Shown: piece by piece, positions 1 through 8,739 of the stretch | How positions within the stretch are numbered: the first letter of the stretch is position 1 | Layout: each line of letters starts with the position of its first letter | Assembly: GCA_963719515.1 (NCBI GenBank) | Contig: CAVRCJ010000001.1 | Span: 64,001 to 128,000 of the forward strand | Direction of reading: 5' to 3' | DNA from: an uncultured cyanobacterium | GTDB taxonomy: Bacteria; Cyanobacteriota; Cyanobacteriia; CAKZMO01 | DNA: 64,000 bases | The notes under the pieces: generated by a model | What the model saw: the letters and a program-made list of their open reading frames with translations, nothing else | Told to the model about the DNA's origin: nothing | The model's database searches: none | Translations under genes and position numbers: made by a program

Positions 1-416
1 ATCAGCAGCTAGCGCTGCTGTGGGTGGTCTACACCAAGATTGGAACGTCAATTACGCCTGCTGCCCCCGATGCCGCCTCACCCGCGATCGCGGGCGGACT
101 GTTCGAGCAGGTCAAGCAGCTCGGACAGCAGGAACAGCTCGAGGCAATGCGCGCCATCGCTCAGGGAAGCGATACTACTCTGAGCCGCGAGTATGGTTCC
201 CTCAGCGCTGAGACAAAGCTCGCGTTTTGGTACCAGCTAGCGCAGGGTATGACGTCGGGCAGCATTATTCCTATGCCTGAAGACTATTCTCTATCCAGCG
301 AAGTCAGCCAAGCAGTAGGGACTCTAGAGTCGTCTGGGTTCGAGGAGCAGATTACGGTGCTGCGGAACGTTGCTGATGCCATGGGCGCTGCGCCTGCGCC
401 TGGCTCCAAGGTGTAG
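1..416 (+). CDS. Orange carotenoid protein N-terminal-domain protein (helical carotenoid protein), 5' end outside window
   Basis: Frame open from base 3: QQLALLWVVYTKIGTSITPAAP...SREYGSLSAETKLAFWYQLAQGM...IIPMPEDY...EEQITVLR; typical OCP-NTD/HCP motifs, no NTF2 C-domain. Confidence 0.85.
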   Translation, partial: QQLALLWVVYTKIGTSITPAAPDAASPAIAGGLFEQVKQLGQQEQLEAMRAIAQGSDTTLSREYGSLSAETKLAFWYQLAQGMTSGSIIPMPEDYSLSSEVSQAVGTLESSGFEEQITVLRNVADAMGAAPAPGSKV

Positions 417-641
417 GGAGTCGAATCGGTCTAGAAGCTTGCCTAGGATAGTCTCTTAGCGACTCCAAATCGAATGCCGAGTTGGAGGGCCTTTCCGTCG
501 TGAGCAGCCCCACAGCTCGGCATTCCCTTTGCCGGACCAAGCGGAGGGTAAAGGCCAAATGTTAAGTGTTTCACCAGTTTCAGGGTCGTATACCATCAGA
601 GCGAGAAAGATGAGATATAAAACTGAGTCCTCTACGGCGAG

Positions 642-2381
642 TTGATGCATACAAAATCCTGGATGTCTCGCTTAGCAATGGTTCCCCGAAGCCGGCCCTT
701 GACGATTGCCACCGCTTTAGCGCTAAGCGCCTGCGGCGGCAGCACCCCAAGTCCCAATCCGTCTCAGGCCAATGGTTTCGAGGTAAAGCTGCTGTTTGGT
801 AGCGCCCTCGGCGACTTCTGCGAAGAGGCGATCGCAGACTTCAACGCGACTCGCCCAACGTTAGAGGACGGCAGCGCCTTTACCGCCACCTGCGAGGCTG
901 AGGGTAGCGGCGATGTGGTCACCACCATCACTACTCTGGCCCAAGGGCTGCAGGCCGGTACGGTGAACCCCGACGATCCAGCCTTTCCCACGCTGCTTTC
1001 CGTAGACGGTGAAATCTACCAGAGTCAGCTCAAGTATCGCGTCGATCAGCTGTTTCCAGGCCAGAACTATATCCCCGAAATCACTGACGCACCGCTGCTG
1101 GCCAATAGCCCCATGGTGTTCATGACCCAGGAGCAGCTCGCGCCGGGACTGCAGCAGGTTGACAATCTGTTTCAGGTCCTCGTCGATGCCGAAACCCACC
1201 GAGACATCGACCCCGCCAGCGAGCCGCTGAAGATTCACTACGTCCACACGGCCCCTACTCGCTCCAATTCGGGCCTGCAGACGCTGGTGACCCAATTCGC
1301 ATCGGTATCCGGCAAACGCCCCAGCGAGCTAGCCCCCGGGGACGTTCAGAGCGCTATTCCGCAGGTGCAAAAGATTCAGAATAAGATCACCCGCTACGGC
1401 ATCTCCACGAGCTCGCTTGCGAGATCTATGGTGGAAAATGGTCCTTTTTGGGCCTCTATCGGTTCAGTGTATGAGTCGTCGGTGATTGCCGCCAACCAGT
1501 CCCTACCGCCAGGACAGCCGCGCTACGCCGCCGTGTATCCCCCTGCTACCTTCACCTCTAACATGCGGGCAATTTTGCCTGACGCCCCTTGGGTGAGCGA
1601 GCAGGAGCGGCAAGCGGCGGAGCAAATTATTGAATATCTGCGATCGCCCAACGCTCAGAAAATCGCCGCGCGGCTAGGCCTGCGCCCTGGCGTTCCCGGC
1701 GTTGCCCTGGGGCCTTCCTTTAGCCCTGAGTTTGGGGTCGACCCCGATGCGAGCTACGACTCCTACCGTCCGCCGGAGCCTGAGGTCGTAGAGGCGATGC
1801 TCGCGGCCTGGGAAAATACGGCCAAGAAGCCCTCCATGGTGGTGGTGGTGGTGGACTCCTCCGGATCCATGGAAGGGAGCAAGCTGCCCTCCGTGCAAAA
1901 TACCCTGCAAACCTACATCAATAATCTCGGACCGCGCGATCGCATTGCCCTTGTTGACTTCGACGACGCCATTCGCCCCCCCGTGCTGGTTGAGGGGACA
2001 GAAGCGGGTCGCTCTACGGGCTTACAGTTTATTAGCAGCCTCGAGGCTGACGGCGGTACCCGCCTCTATGACTCAGCGCTGTTCGCCCGCAACTGGCTGC
2101 AGGACAACTTGCGCCCCGAGGCGATTAACGCCGTGCTAATTTTGACGGATGGTGTGGACTCAGGGGAGGGCATTTCCCTAGAGATGCTGGAGGCTGAGCT
2201 GCGGGAAAGCGGCTTTAACAGTGACCAGCGCATCGCCTTTTTTACCATTGGTTATGGAGATCAAGGAGAGTTTGACCCCCAGGCCCTAGAGGCGATCGCC
2301 CAGCTCAACGGTGGCTACTATTCCCAGGGTGACCCCTCAACGATTTCTGAGCTAATGGCAGACCTGCAGCTGGAGTTTTGA
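642..2381 (+). CDS. Lipoprotein with extracellular solute-binding domain and C-terminal VWA domain
   Basis: Lipobox LSAC; SBP-like PTRSNSG and YESSVI segments; MIDAS DSSGSM, GGT-LYD, LTDG. Confidence 0.85.
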   Translation: MMHTKSWMSRLAMVPRSRPLTIATALALSACGGSTPSPNPSQANGFEVKLLFGSALGDFCEEAIADFNATRPTLEDGSAFTATCEAEGSGDVVTTITTLAQGLQAGTVNPDDPAFPTLLSVDGEIYQSQLKYRVDQLFPGQNYIPEITDAPLLANSPMVFMTQEQLAPGLQQVDNLFQVLVDAETHRDIDPASEPLKIHYVHTAPTRSNSGLQTLVTQFASVSGKRPSELAPGDVQSAIPQVQKIQNKITRYGISTSSLARSMVENGPFWASIGSVYESSVIAANQSLPPGQPRYAAVYPPATFTSNMRAILPDAPWVSEQERQAAEQIIEYLRSPNAQKIAARLGLRPGVPGVALGPSFSPEFGVDPDASYDSYRPPEPEVVEAMLAAWENTAKKPSMVVVVVDSSGSMEGSKLPSVQNTLQTYINNLGPRDRIALVDFDDAIRPPVLVEGTEAGRSTGLQFISSLEADGGTRLYDSALFARNWLQDNLRPEAINAVLILTDGVDSGEGISLEMLEAELRESGFNSDQRIAFFTIGYGDQGEFDPQALEAIAQLNGGYYSQGDPSTISELMADLQLEF

Positions 2382-2384
2382 CGG

Positions 2385-3117
2385 ATGAAGCTGGCCAATC
2401 CCCTCTATTATCCACTTCCGGTGCTGGTGGGTGCCGTCGTTTTAGTCGTGGGGGTGCGGGTGCTGCGGCAGCCCAGCGTCGTGGTAGTGCCAGCGGCGAT
2501 CGCGGTGGCCACGGCAGGAGCAGCGCTGCGGAAAGGGCAAGAGCCCGACTCCTTAGGTCTAGAAGATCCGAGGCTGGAAAACACCCTTCAATCGGTGCGG
2601 CAGCAGGCCGTAACTATAGCCGAAAAGTCCGAAGCCCTGCGCGCAGAAGCCACTCGGCTGCTCAGCCAGGCCGAACAGCTAGATCTGCTGAGCGCCGTAC
2701 AGTTCGCCTGCGATCGCGCCGAGGAGCTGCCCGCGAAGATTGATGGCCTAGCGCAGCGGATGCGCGGGGGGCGATCGCTGCTGTCGATAGAAGATCTGCA
2801 GCGCCAGCGCCAGGAGGCAGAGCAGCAGGCCCACCAGCAGCAGCGGGGTGGCGCGAGAGCAGTGGCGCAAGCTAGTCAACACCCTGAGCCGAAATATTCA
2901 GCTGGCCCGCGAAGGTCAAGATGCCCGTCAGGCTCAGGTGGTGAGTCTATCGACGCTGACGCTAGAGGCTGCCGGGGTGCTCCAAAAGCTGCAGAATGAG
3001 CTGCGGACGGCAGACCTGACCGACACCCGTCAAACCAGCGAAATGCGATCTCTGAGCGCCGAATTTGCCAGCGTCCAGGAGAATCTGGATCTGCTGATGA
3101 CGGACGGGCGCTCTTGA
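2385..3117 (+). CDS. Membrane-anchored coiled-coil hypothetical protein, frameshift near 2831
   Basis: Two N-terminal TM helices then coiled coil; ORFs 2385..2999 and 2848..3117 join if one base is removed near 2831. Confidence 0.65.
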
Positions 3118-3219
3118 TTACACAGATGCTCAGACGGATGCACCGAAACGCCGCCTAGCTATGTCAGGGCTCAGCACGCTGGGCCCCCACCCTGATACCA
3201 TTCCTCATAGTCCTATCCC

Positions 3220-4308
3220 ATGGCTAACCCCCGTCTCCTCATCTCTCTCGGCATCACCGCCGCCGCTCTCGGTCTCGCCTACGCCCCTGTCCCTGTGGCA
3301 CAGGAGCGGCTGCTGGTTGTCAGCGGCACCGAGCTGCAGGAACCCCTGCAGGCGCTAGAAGCCCGCTTCGAGCAGGAGAACCCCGATATCCAGATCGATC
3401 TAGAGTTTGTCGGTTCGCGGGACATCGTTAACCGCTACATCGACGACGATTTCGACACCCCGCCGACTATTCTCATTCCCGCCAACGGCGAGCTGCTGCA
3501 GGAGGTGAGCGATCGCTGGCAGGGTGAAGGCAGTCCTTTTTACGGCAAACCAGCGCCGATCACCAAGACGCTGCTGGTGGGAATTGCCTGGAGCGATCGC
3601 GGCCAGGTGCTGTTTCCCGAAGGGGAGTTTGACTGGAGCCGGGTAGAGGCAGCGCTCGGTGCTGGCGTTTGGCCTGCCATTGGGGGCCAGCAAACCTGGG
3701 GCAGCTTCGACTTAGTGATTACCGATCCGGGGCGCTCTAATAGCGGTCAGCTGGCGCTCGGGCTGTGGGCCAAGTCGCAGTCGGGGGGCACTCTGTCTGC
3801 TGGCACGCTGGGGCAGCCTCAGATTCAAGCGTTGTTTTCTTTAGTAAAGCGCTCGGTCTACCAGCCGCCCCGCTCCACTGATACGCTGCTGCAGGAATTT
3901 ATCACCCGTGGTTCTAACGACGCCGACGTCGCTCTGGTCTACGAAAGCATCGCCCTCAACCGCTGGGAGCAGTCTGCCGCCACCCAAAACGAGCCCTATC
4001 AAATCTACTACCTCAATCCCTCCGTTGAGACGGTGTCGACGGCGGCAGTGGCCACGCGGGATGTGGGGCGATCGCAGGCAGACGCTGCCGAGGCATTTCT
4101 AAACTTCCTCAAGGCGCCAGATCAGCAGGAGACCTTTGTACAGTTTGGCTTTCGTCCCGCAGCGGCTACTCTTGACCTGGCCGGAGTGCCTGATAGCCCT
4201 TGGGCGGACGCCATCCCTGGCGCAAAAGTCGATCCCCCCCCCGCCATCGAGACGCCGGATCAGGGCACCTTGAGCGAGATCGTGCGCCTTTGGCAGCGGG
4301 CAAACTAG
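3220..4308 (+). CDS. Extracellular solute-binding protein (paralogous to SBP part of 642..2381)
   Basis: Signal anchor; GSRDIV, TDPGRSNSGQLAL, VYESIAL, GFRP motifs. Confidence 0.8.
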   Translation: MANPRLLISLGITAAALGLAYAPVPVAQERLLVVSGTELQEPLQALEARFEQENPDIQIDLEFVGSRDIVNRYIDDDFDTPPTILIPANGELLQEVSDRWQGEGSPFYGKPAPITKTLLVGIAWSDRGQVLFPEGEFDWSRVEAALGAGVWPAIGGQQTWGSFDLVITDPGRSNSGQLALGLWAKSQSGGTLSAGTLGQPQIQALFSLVKRSVYQPPRSTDTLLQEFITRGSNDADVALVYESIALNRWEQSAATQNEPYQIYYLNPSVETVSTAAVATRDVGRSQADAAEAFLNFLKAPDQQETFVQFGFRPAAATLDLAGVPDSPWADAIPGAKVDPPPAIETPDQGTLSEIVRLWQRAN

Positions 4309-4408
4309 TCTCCCTGAAGCCAGCCCCTCTTGTACTCAGGACCCTGCCCTAAGCACGATATACAATAATTAAATACGGTTTAGCCGTACGCGCTGCTGAG
4401 GAGCCGAT

Positions 4409-4675
4409 ATGCCCTGGTTTGTCAAAATAGAACGTGGAATTGTTGAAAAATCTACTTTTGATAAATTCGTATCTGCTCACAAGCAGTATATAGCTGAGCT
4501 GATCGCCGACGGCCACGAGGCCAAGACAGGGTATTGGGCCGAGCGGGGCGGCGGAATGCTGCTGTTTAAGGCGGCATCGCTAGAAGAAGCCAAGAGAATT
4601 GTCGCCCGCGACCCCTTGATCAAAGCCAACTGCGTCAACTACGAACTGCACGAATGGTGCATTGTGATGGAATAA
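4409..4675 (+). CDS. YciI family protein
   Basis: 88 aa; AH..Y, GGGMLLF.A.SLEEA.....DP motif. Confidence 0.85.
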   Translation: MPWFVKIERGIVEKSTFDKFVSAHKQYIAELIADGHEAKTGYWAERGGGMLLFKAASLEEAKRIVARDPLIKANCVNYELHEWCIVME

Positions 4676-4693
4676 TTTGGAGCGTGATGGACC

Positions 4694-5152
4694 ATGGCAG
4701 AAGGACAAAAAATAGTCGCCGATAACCGGCAGGCCCGCTACCAGTATGAAATTTTAGAGACCTTTGAAGCAGGACTGGAGCTATTGGGCACCGAAGTAAA
4801 GTCCATCCGCGAAGGGCGGGCCAACCTGCGGGACGGCTACGCCTCCATTCGGGACGGAGAGGCTTGGCTACACAACGTGCATGTCTCCCCCAGCAAGACC
4901 GCCAGCCAGTACTTCAACCACGAGCCGCTCCGGGCGCGCAAGCTGCTGCTGCACCGCCAGGAAATCCGCAAGCTGATCGGCAAGACGGAGCAGCAGGGTC
5001 TGACCTTGGTGCCGCTGCGGCTGTATCTGCAGCGGGGCTGGATTAAAACCACAATCGCTCTAGCGCGGGGTAAGAAGCTGCACGACAAGCGGGAAACCCT
5101 CAAGCGGCGACAGAGCGATCGCGAAATCGCCCGGGCTGTCAAAAATTATTGA
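4694..5152 (+). CDS. smpB: SsrA-binding protein
   Basis: NRQARY, GLELLGTEVKSIR, RKLLLHR, GKKLHDKR. Confidence 0.98.
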   Translation: MAEGQKIVADNRQARYQYEILETFEAGLELLGTEVKSIREGRANLRDGYASIRDGEAWLHNVHVSPSKTASQYFNHEPLRARKLLLHRQEIRKLIGKTEQQGLTLVPLRLYLQRGWIKTTIALARGKKLHDKRETLKRRQSDREIARAVKNY

Positions 5153-5397
5153 TGTCCCGATTATTGAGATGCCCCAACGGCTATTTCTTCCCGCTTCAAC
5201 AAAGCGCTACCACATCTGGATTCTCCAGCAGCGCTGCCTCCGGCCACTCCACACGTAGCATAGCCTCGCTGCCCATTCCAGTTGGGGCGTAGCTCAAGTA
5301 GGCGTTTCCCCTCAGACAAGATGTCGCCTCTGTAGGGCTAGGGCGTCAGCGTCTGCATGAGCGTCTCAAACTTCTAGAAACGGCGTGGCCGCAGCGG

Positions 5398-5625
5398 CTA
5401 TGCAGGCGTCTTTTGCAGCTCGGGGCGCTCTTCAGGCAAGATTGCGCCTTCGACGGGGCAGACCTGTAGACAGATACCGCAGTCAATGCAGGTGGCAAAG
5501 TCGATCCAATACCAATCGGTTCCTTTTTGGTTTTTGCCGGGGCCTTCGTGGATGCAGGCGACGGGGCAAGCGCCGACGCAGTCAGATACGCCTTCGCAGA
5601 CGTCAGTAGCAATAGTGTGTGGCAC
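5398..5625 (-). CDS. Dicluster ferredoxin, probably [3Fe-4S][4Fe-4S]
   Basis: CEGVSDCVGACP (second Cys replaced by Val) and CIDCGICLQVCP; GTG start. Confidence 0.9.
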   Translation of the reverse strand: MPHTIATDVCEGVSDCVGACPVACIHEGPGKNQKGTDWYWIDFATCIDCGICLQVCPVEGAILPEERPELQKTPA

Positions 5626-5838
5626 GGTGCACTTTCAGAGAACGTTTTGTATCTGTCTCAGCCTAACAGGTTTGCCTAGAGGTTTCTTGCTGTAAGGCCG
5701 CTTAATTCTGACGACACCACGGTCGACAACACGATTGACTATCGCTGGACTGCTCGCCTGGTTGCCCGCCTGAATTTGCTTCAGGGGCAAATGACCTCTA
5801 AATGGTGTTCGAAATCATATCTCCTAGCAATAGCGCCG

Positions 5839-8598
5839 CTATTCTCGCTCTACAAAAACGATATTCTCCGTATACTGCTCAAAGGTGTCGTCGTGGCTGA
5901 TTACAAACAGCTGACGGAAGGACTTAATATTGGCGATCGCCTCAGCAAGTCCCTGACGGCGGCGGCGGTCCATGTTCGTCGTCGGCTCATCGAAAAAGGC
6001 AATATCGATGTCGGCCAATACCCTGAGCAGCGCCAATCGTACCGCCAGCGCCGCGCACATTTGCTCCCCCCCCGATAGGTTCACAAATCGGCGACGGTGG
6101 GCACCCTCCTGCACCAGGATGTCGTAGTCCCGGGTCCACTCTAAGGCCACGTTGGGTCGGTTGAGCAGCTCACGGAACAGTCGGTTGGCCTCCTGAGAAA
6201 CCGTATAGACGTAGCGCTCGGTAATTCGGGGTCCAGCCTCTTTATAAACCTTGCGGGCGAAGTTGATAAACCGCTTGACGCGCTCCTTTTGCTTGAGGTC
6301 CGCTTTGGCGCGATCGCAGCTTTGAGCCACCTCGCGGAGCTGGGCGAGCCGCTGGTCCAACTCGGTCAGCCGCTGCCGCTGCTGAGGCAGCTGCCCTTGA
6401 AGCCGGTCGGCCTCGCTGCGTAGCTGCTGGATCTGGGCCTCAACCTGCTGTCGCTGCTCGGCGCTATAGGCAGATTTAGCTTCGTCATAGGCCTGCTGCT
6501 GCGCCTGCTGCTGCTGAACGAGCTGCGTCACCTGACCCTCGACTTCAGACAGCGCGGTCTGATACTGCTCTAGCATCTGACCCTCGGGCTGCTGCTGCAA
6601 ATAGGTCAGGTAGCTGACGCGGTGGGCGTCGCGGGCTTGGGTCTGAGCCTGCTGGCGCGATCGCAGGTCGGCAAACTGTGTCAGCTGCTGGTCGAGGAGC
6701 GCGATCGCCTTTTGAATAGTCTCTCGGATCGTCTTTTGCTGCTCGTGGGACTGGGCAAGGGCAGGTTGCTGGGCCTGCTGCTTTTCTAGGAACGCGGCGC
6801 GAGCGCGAGGGTTGTCCAGTGCCTTGAGTTGAGCTTGAACCTCGCGCCACTGATGCGCAACGGCCTGCTCGCTTTCGAGGGCCGCTTCGAGCTGTGAGAA
6901 CTGCTCTGCTGAGGCGGCTATGGTTCGGCTGAGCTGCTGATGGCGATCGCGAGTCTCTTCTAAGGTGGCGTACCGAGCGCGATCGCGGTAGGCCTGATCG
7001 AGCTGGGCGGCCCCTGCCTTGAGCTGTCTGGAGAGCGCTGCTGTGGAGGTCTGCTGAGAGATGTCCGTCAAAATGTCGTCCAGCGCTCGAATGACGCTGG
7101 CGTTGAGGGTAACGCCAGATTCCAGCGTCGCTAAGGCAGCATCCACAGCCTCAGAAGCCAACAGCGGCGCGGCCTCCTGGAGCTGGCGCAGCACCGACAG
7201 GGCAGTGCCAGCCTCTTCTTCGTATTGCTGCTGCTGCTGCGAGCATTGAGTGACGAGCTGACGCAGGTCGGCTTCAAACTGCTTGGCGGCGTCGACGCGG
7301 CTGATTTGGGTACGGAGGCGGTCTTGTTGAGCTTCGATGTTTGGAATTTTCTCTAGCCCCGAGGCGATCGCCTCCAGCTGGGCAATGGTCTTTGCTAGGG
7401 AGGTCGCCTCAGTCTGCAGCAGGGTGAGCTCCCGCTTGAGGCGATCGCGCTCTTGGCGCTGCTGCTGCATCTGGCGCTGCTGCTGGTCGAGCTGGGCCTG
7501 GGTCTGCTCTAGGGTCTGCTGCTGCTTCACCTGGGGCAAAAGCTGCTCTAGCTCCCGGCTCGCCTGCTCCACCTGCTCTAGCTTTGTTTTTACAGTGGCC
7601 AAGGTAGCAGCGGCGGTGGCGGCGGCGGCCTGCTGCTGCTGCCGCTCCTGCAGCAGATCGGTTTGCTGTCCCAGCTGGGCGCTGAGCTGTTTTAAGCTGT
7701 CCTCGGCCTGGAGAAAAGCGTCATGCCCCGCCCGGTGCTGCTCGCACTGCTGTAGCGCCGTCTGCGATCGCGCTACGGCTTCGGCCTGGAGCACGGCCTC
7801 CCGACGCTTGCCGTCGAGCTGGGTACCTAGAGTCTGCAGCTGTGCGCGGCGCTGCTGGAGATCTTCGGCCTGTCGGGCAAGCTGCCCCTGCTCTTGGGTC
7901 AGCGTCTGCAGCTGGGTTTCTAGAGTTTTGAGATGGGCATCGCCGGTCGCGATACTGTCTGCAAGGTGCGATCGCTGCTGCTGCAGAGTCTCCAGCCCGG
8001 CTAGCGTTTCGTCGTACTGGACGATCGCCTGAGTCACCAGCGCCGTTTGGCCTTCGCTGTAGCGCTTTAGAGAGGCGAGCTGGCCGTAGAGCTGCTTGTA
8101 CTCTCCCACCTTGAGCACGGTGTCGAATACCTGCTTACGCTTTTCGACCGGCAGCTGAAAGTCGGCGGTGAAGGTCCCTTGGGGAACGCCGATGGTGTTT
8201 TTGAACAGCTGCTCTAGGCCGGTGCCGGGAGAGAGGCCCAGGTGTTGGCGCAGCCAGGGCAGCACTTCCGACTCAATGCGGGTGTAGGGTAGGCGCTGGC
8301 CTAGCTGGGGGTCGTAGAGGGTGTAGCCCCGACTGGTGCAGCGCTGCACATCGTAGGTGCGGCCATCGCGGCTGGAGACAAAGCTGACGGTAGCTTGGGC
8401 GCTAGAGGCCCCGTTGTAGATGAGGTCGTCTTTGGTGTAGCTGCTGCTGTAGTTGAATAGCGTCCAGCCAATCGCCTCCAGGATGCTGGTTTTCCCGGCA
8501 CCGTTTTCACCACAAATCGCGTTGGTGCCCGGCTTAAACTCAAACTGGCGATCGCGGTGAGCCTTAAAGTTTTTTAGGATGACGGAAATGATTTCCAT
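5839..8598 (-). CDS. sbcC: SbcC/SMC-family ATPase
   Basis: Walker A GENGAGKT, long coiled coil, LSGGEQ signature, FFDEPT Walker B, VISH. Confidence 0.85.
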   Translation of the reverse strand: MEIISVILKNFKAHRDRQFEFKPGTNAICGENGAGKTSILEAIGWTLFNYSSSYTKDDLIYNGASSAQATVSFVSSRDGRTYDVQRCTSRGYTLYDPQLGQRLPYTRIESEVLPWLRQHLGLSPGTGLEQLFKNTIGVPQGTFTADFQLPVEKRKQVFDTVLKVGEYKQLYGQLASLKRYSEGQTALVTQAIVQYDETLAGLETLQQQRSHLADSIATGDAHLKTLETQLQTLTQEQGQLARQAEDLQQRRAQLQTLGTQLDGKRREAVLQAEAVARSQTALQQCEQHRAGHDAFLQAEDSLKQLSAQLGQQTDLLQERQQQQAAAATAAATLATVKTKLEQVEQASRELEQLLPQVKQQQTLEQTQAQLDQQQRQMQQQRQERDRLKRELTLLQTEATSLAKTIAQLEAIASGLEKIPNIEAQQDRLRTQISRVDAAKQFEADLRQLVTQCSQQQQQYEEEAGTALSVLRQLQEAAPLLASEAVDAALATLESGVTLNASVIRALDDILTDISQQTSTAALSRQLKAGAAQLDQAYRDRARYATLEETRDRHQQLSRTIAASAEQFSQLEAALESEQAVAHQWREVQAQLKALDNPRARAAFLEKQQAQQPALAQSHEQQKTIRETIQKAIALLDQQLTQFADLRSRQQAQTQARDAHRVSYLTYLQQQPEGQMLEQYQTALSEVEGQVTQLVQQQQAQQQAYDEAKSAYSAEQRQQVEAQIQQLRSEADRLQGQLPQQRQRLTELDQRLAQLREVAQSCDRAKADLKQKERVKRFINFARKVYKEAGPRITERYVYTVSQEANRLFRELLNRPNVALEWTRDYDILVQEGAHRRRFVNLSGGEQMCAALAVRLALLRVLADIDIAFFDEPTTNMDRRRRQGLAEAIANIKSFRQLFVISHDDTFEQYTENIVFVERE

Positions 8599-8739
8599 GG
8601 GTCGCGTGATGGAGGGTTAGAGGAACCTACGGCGGCTGATGTTGCAGCCCATCGCCACTGTCGCCGCTCCCCATAGTACACCCGTTTGTCAGCTATGGTC
8701 TGGTCTCGCTCTAGTCGGCAAGTGAAGCGCTTCGGGGCC

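Noticed and set aside
7337..8032. Long Cys/Ser-rich antisense ORF and similar shadow ORFs
   Set aside because: Reverse-strand echo of CAG/CTG-rich coiled-coil codons in sbcC
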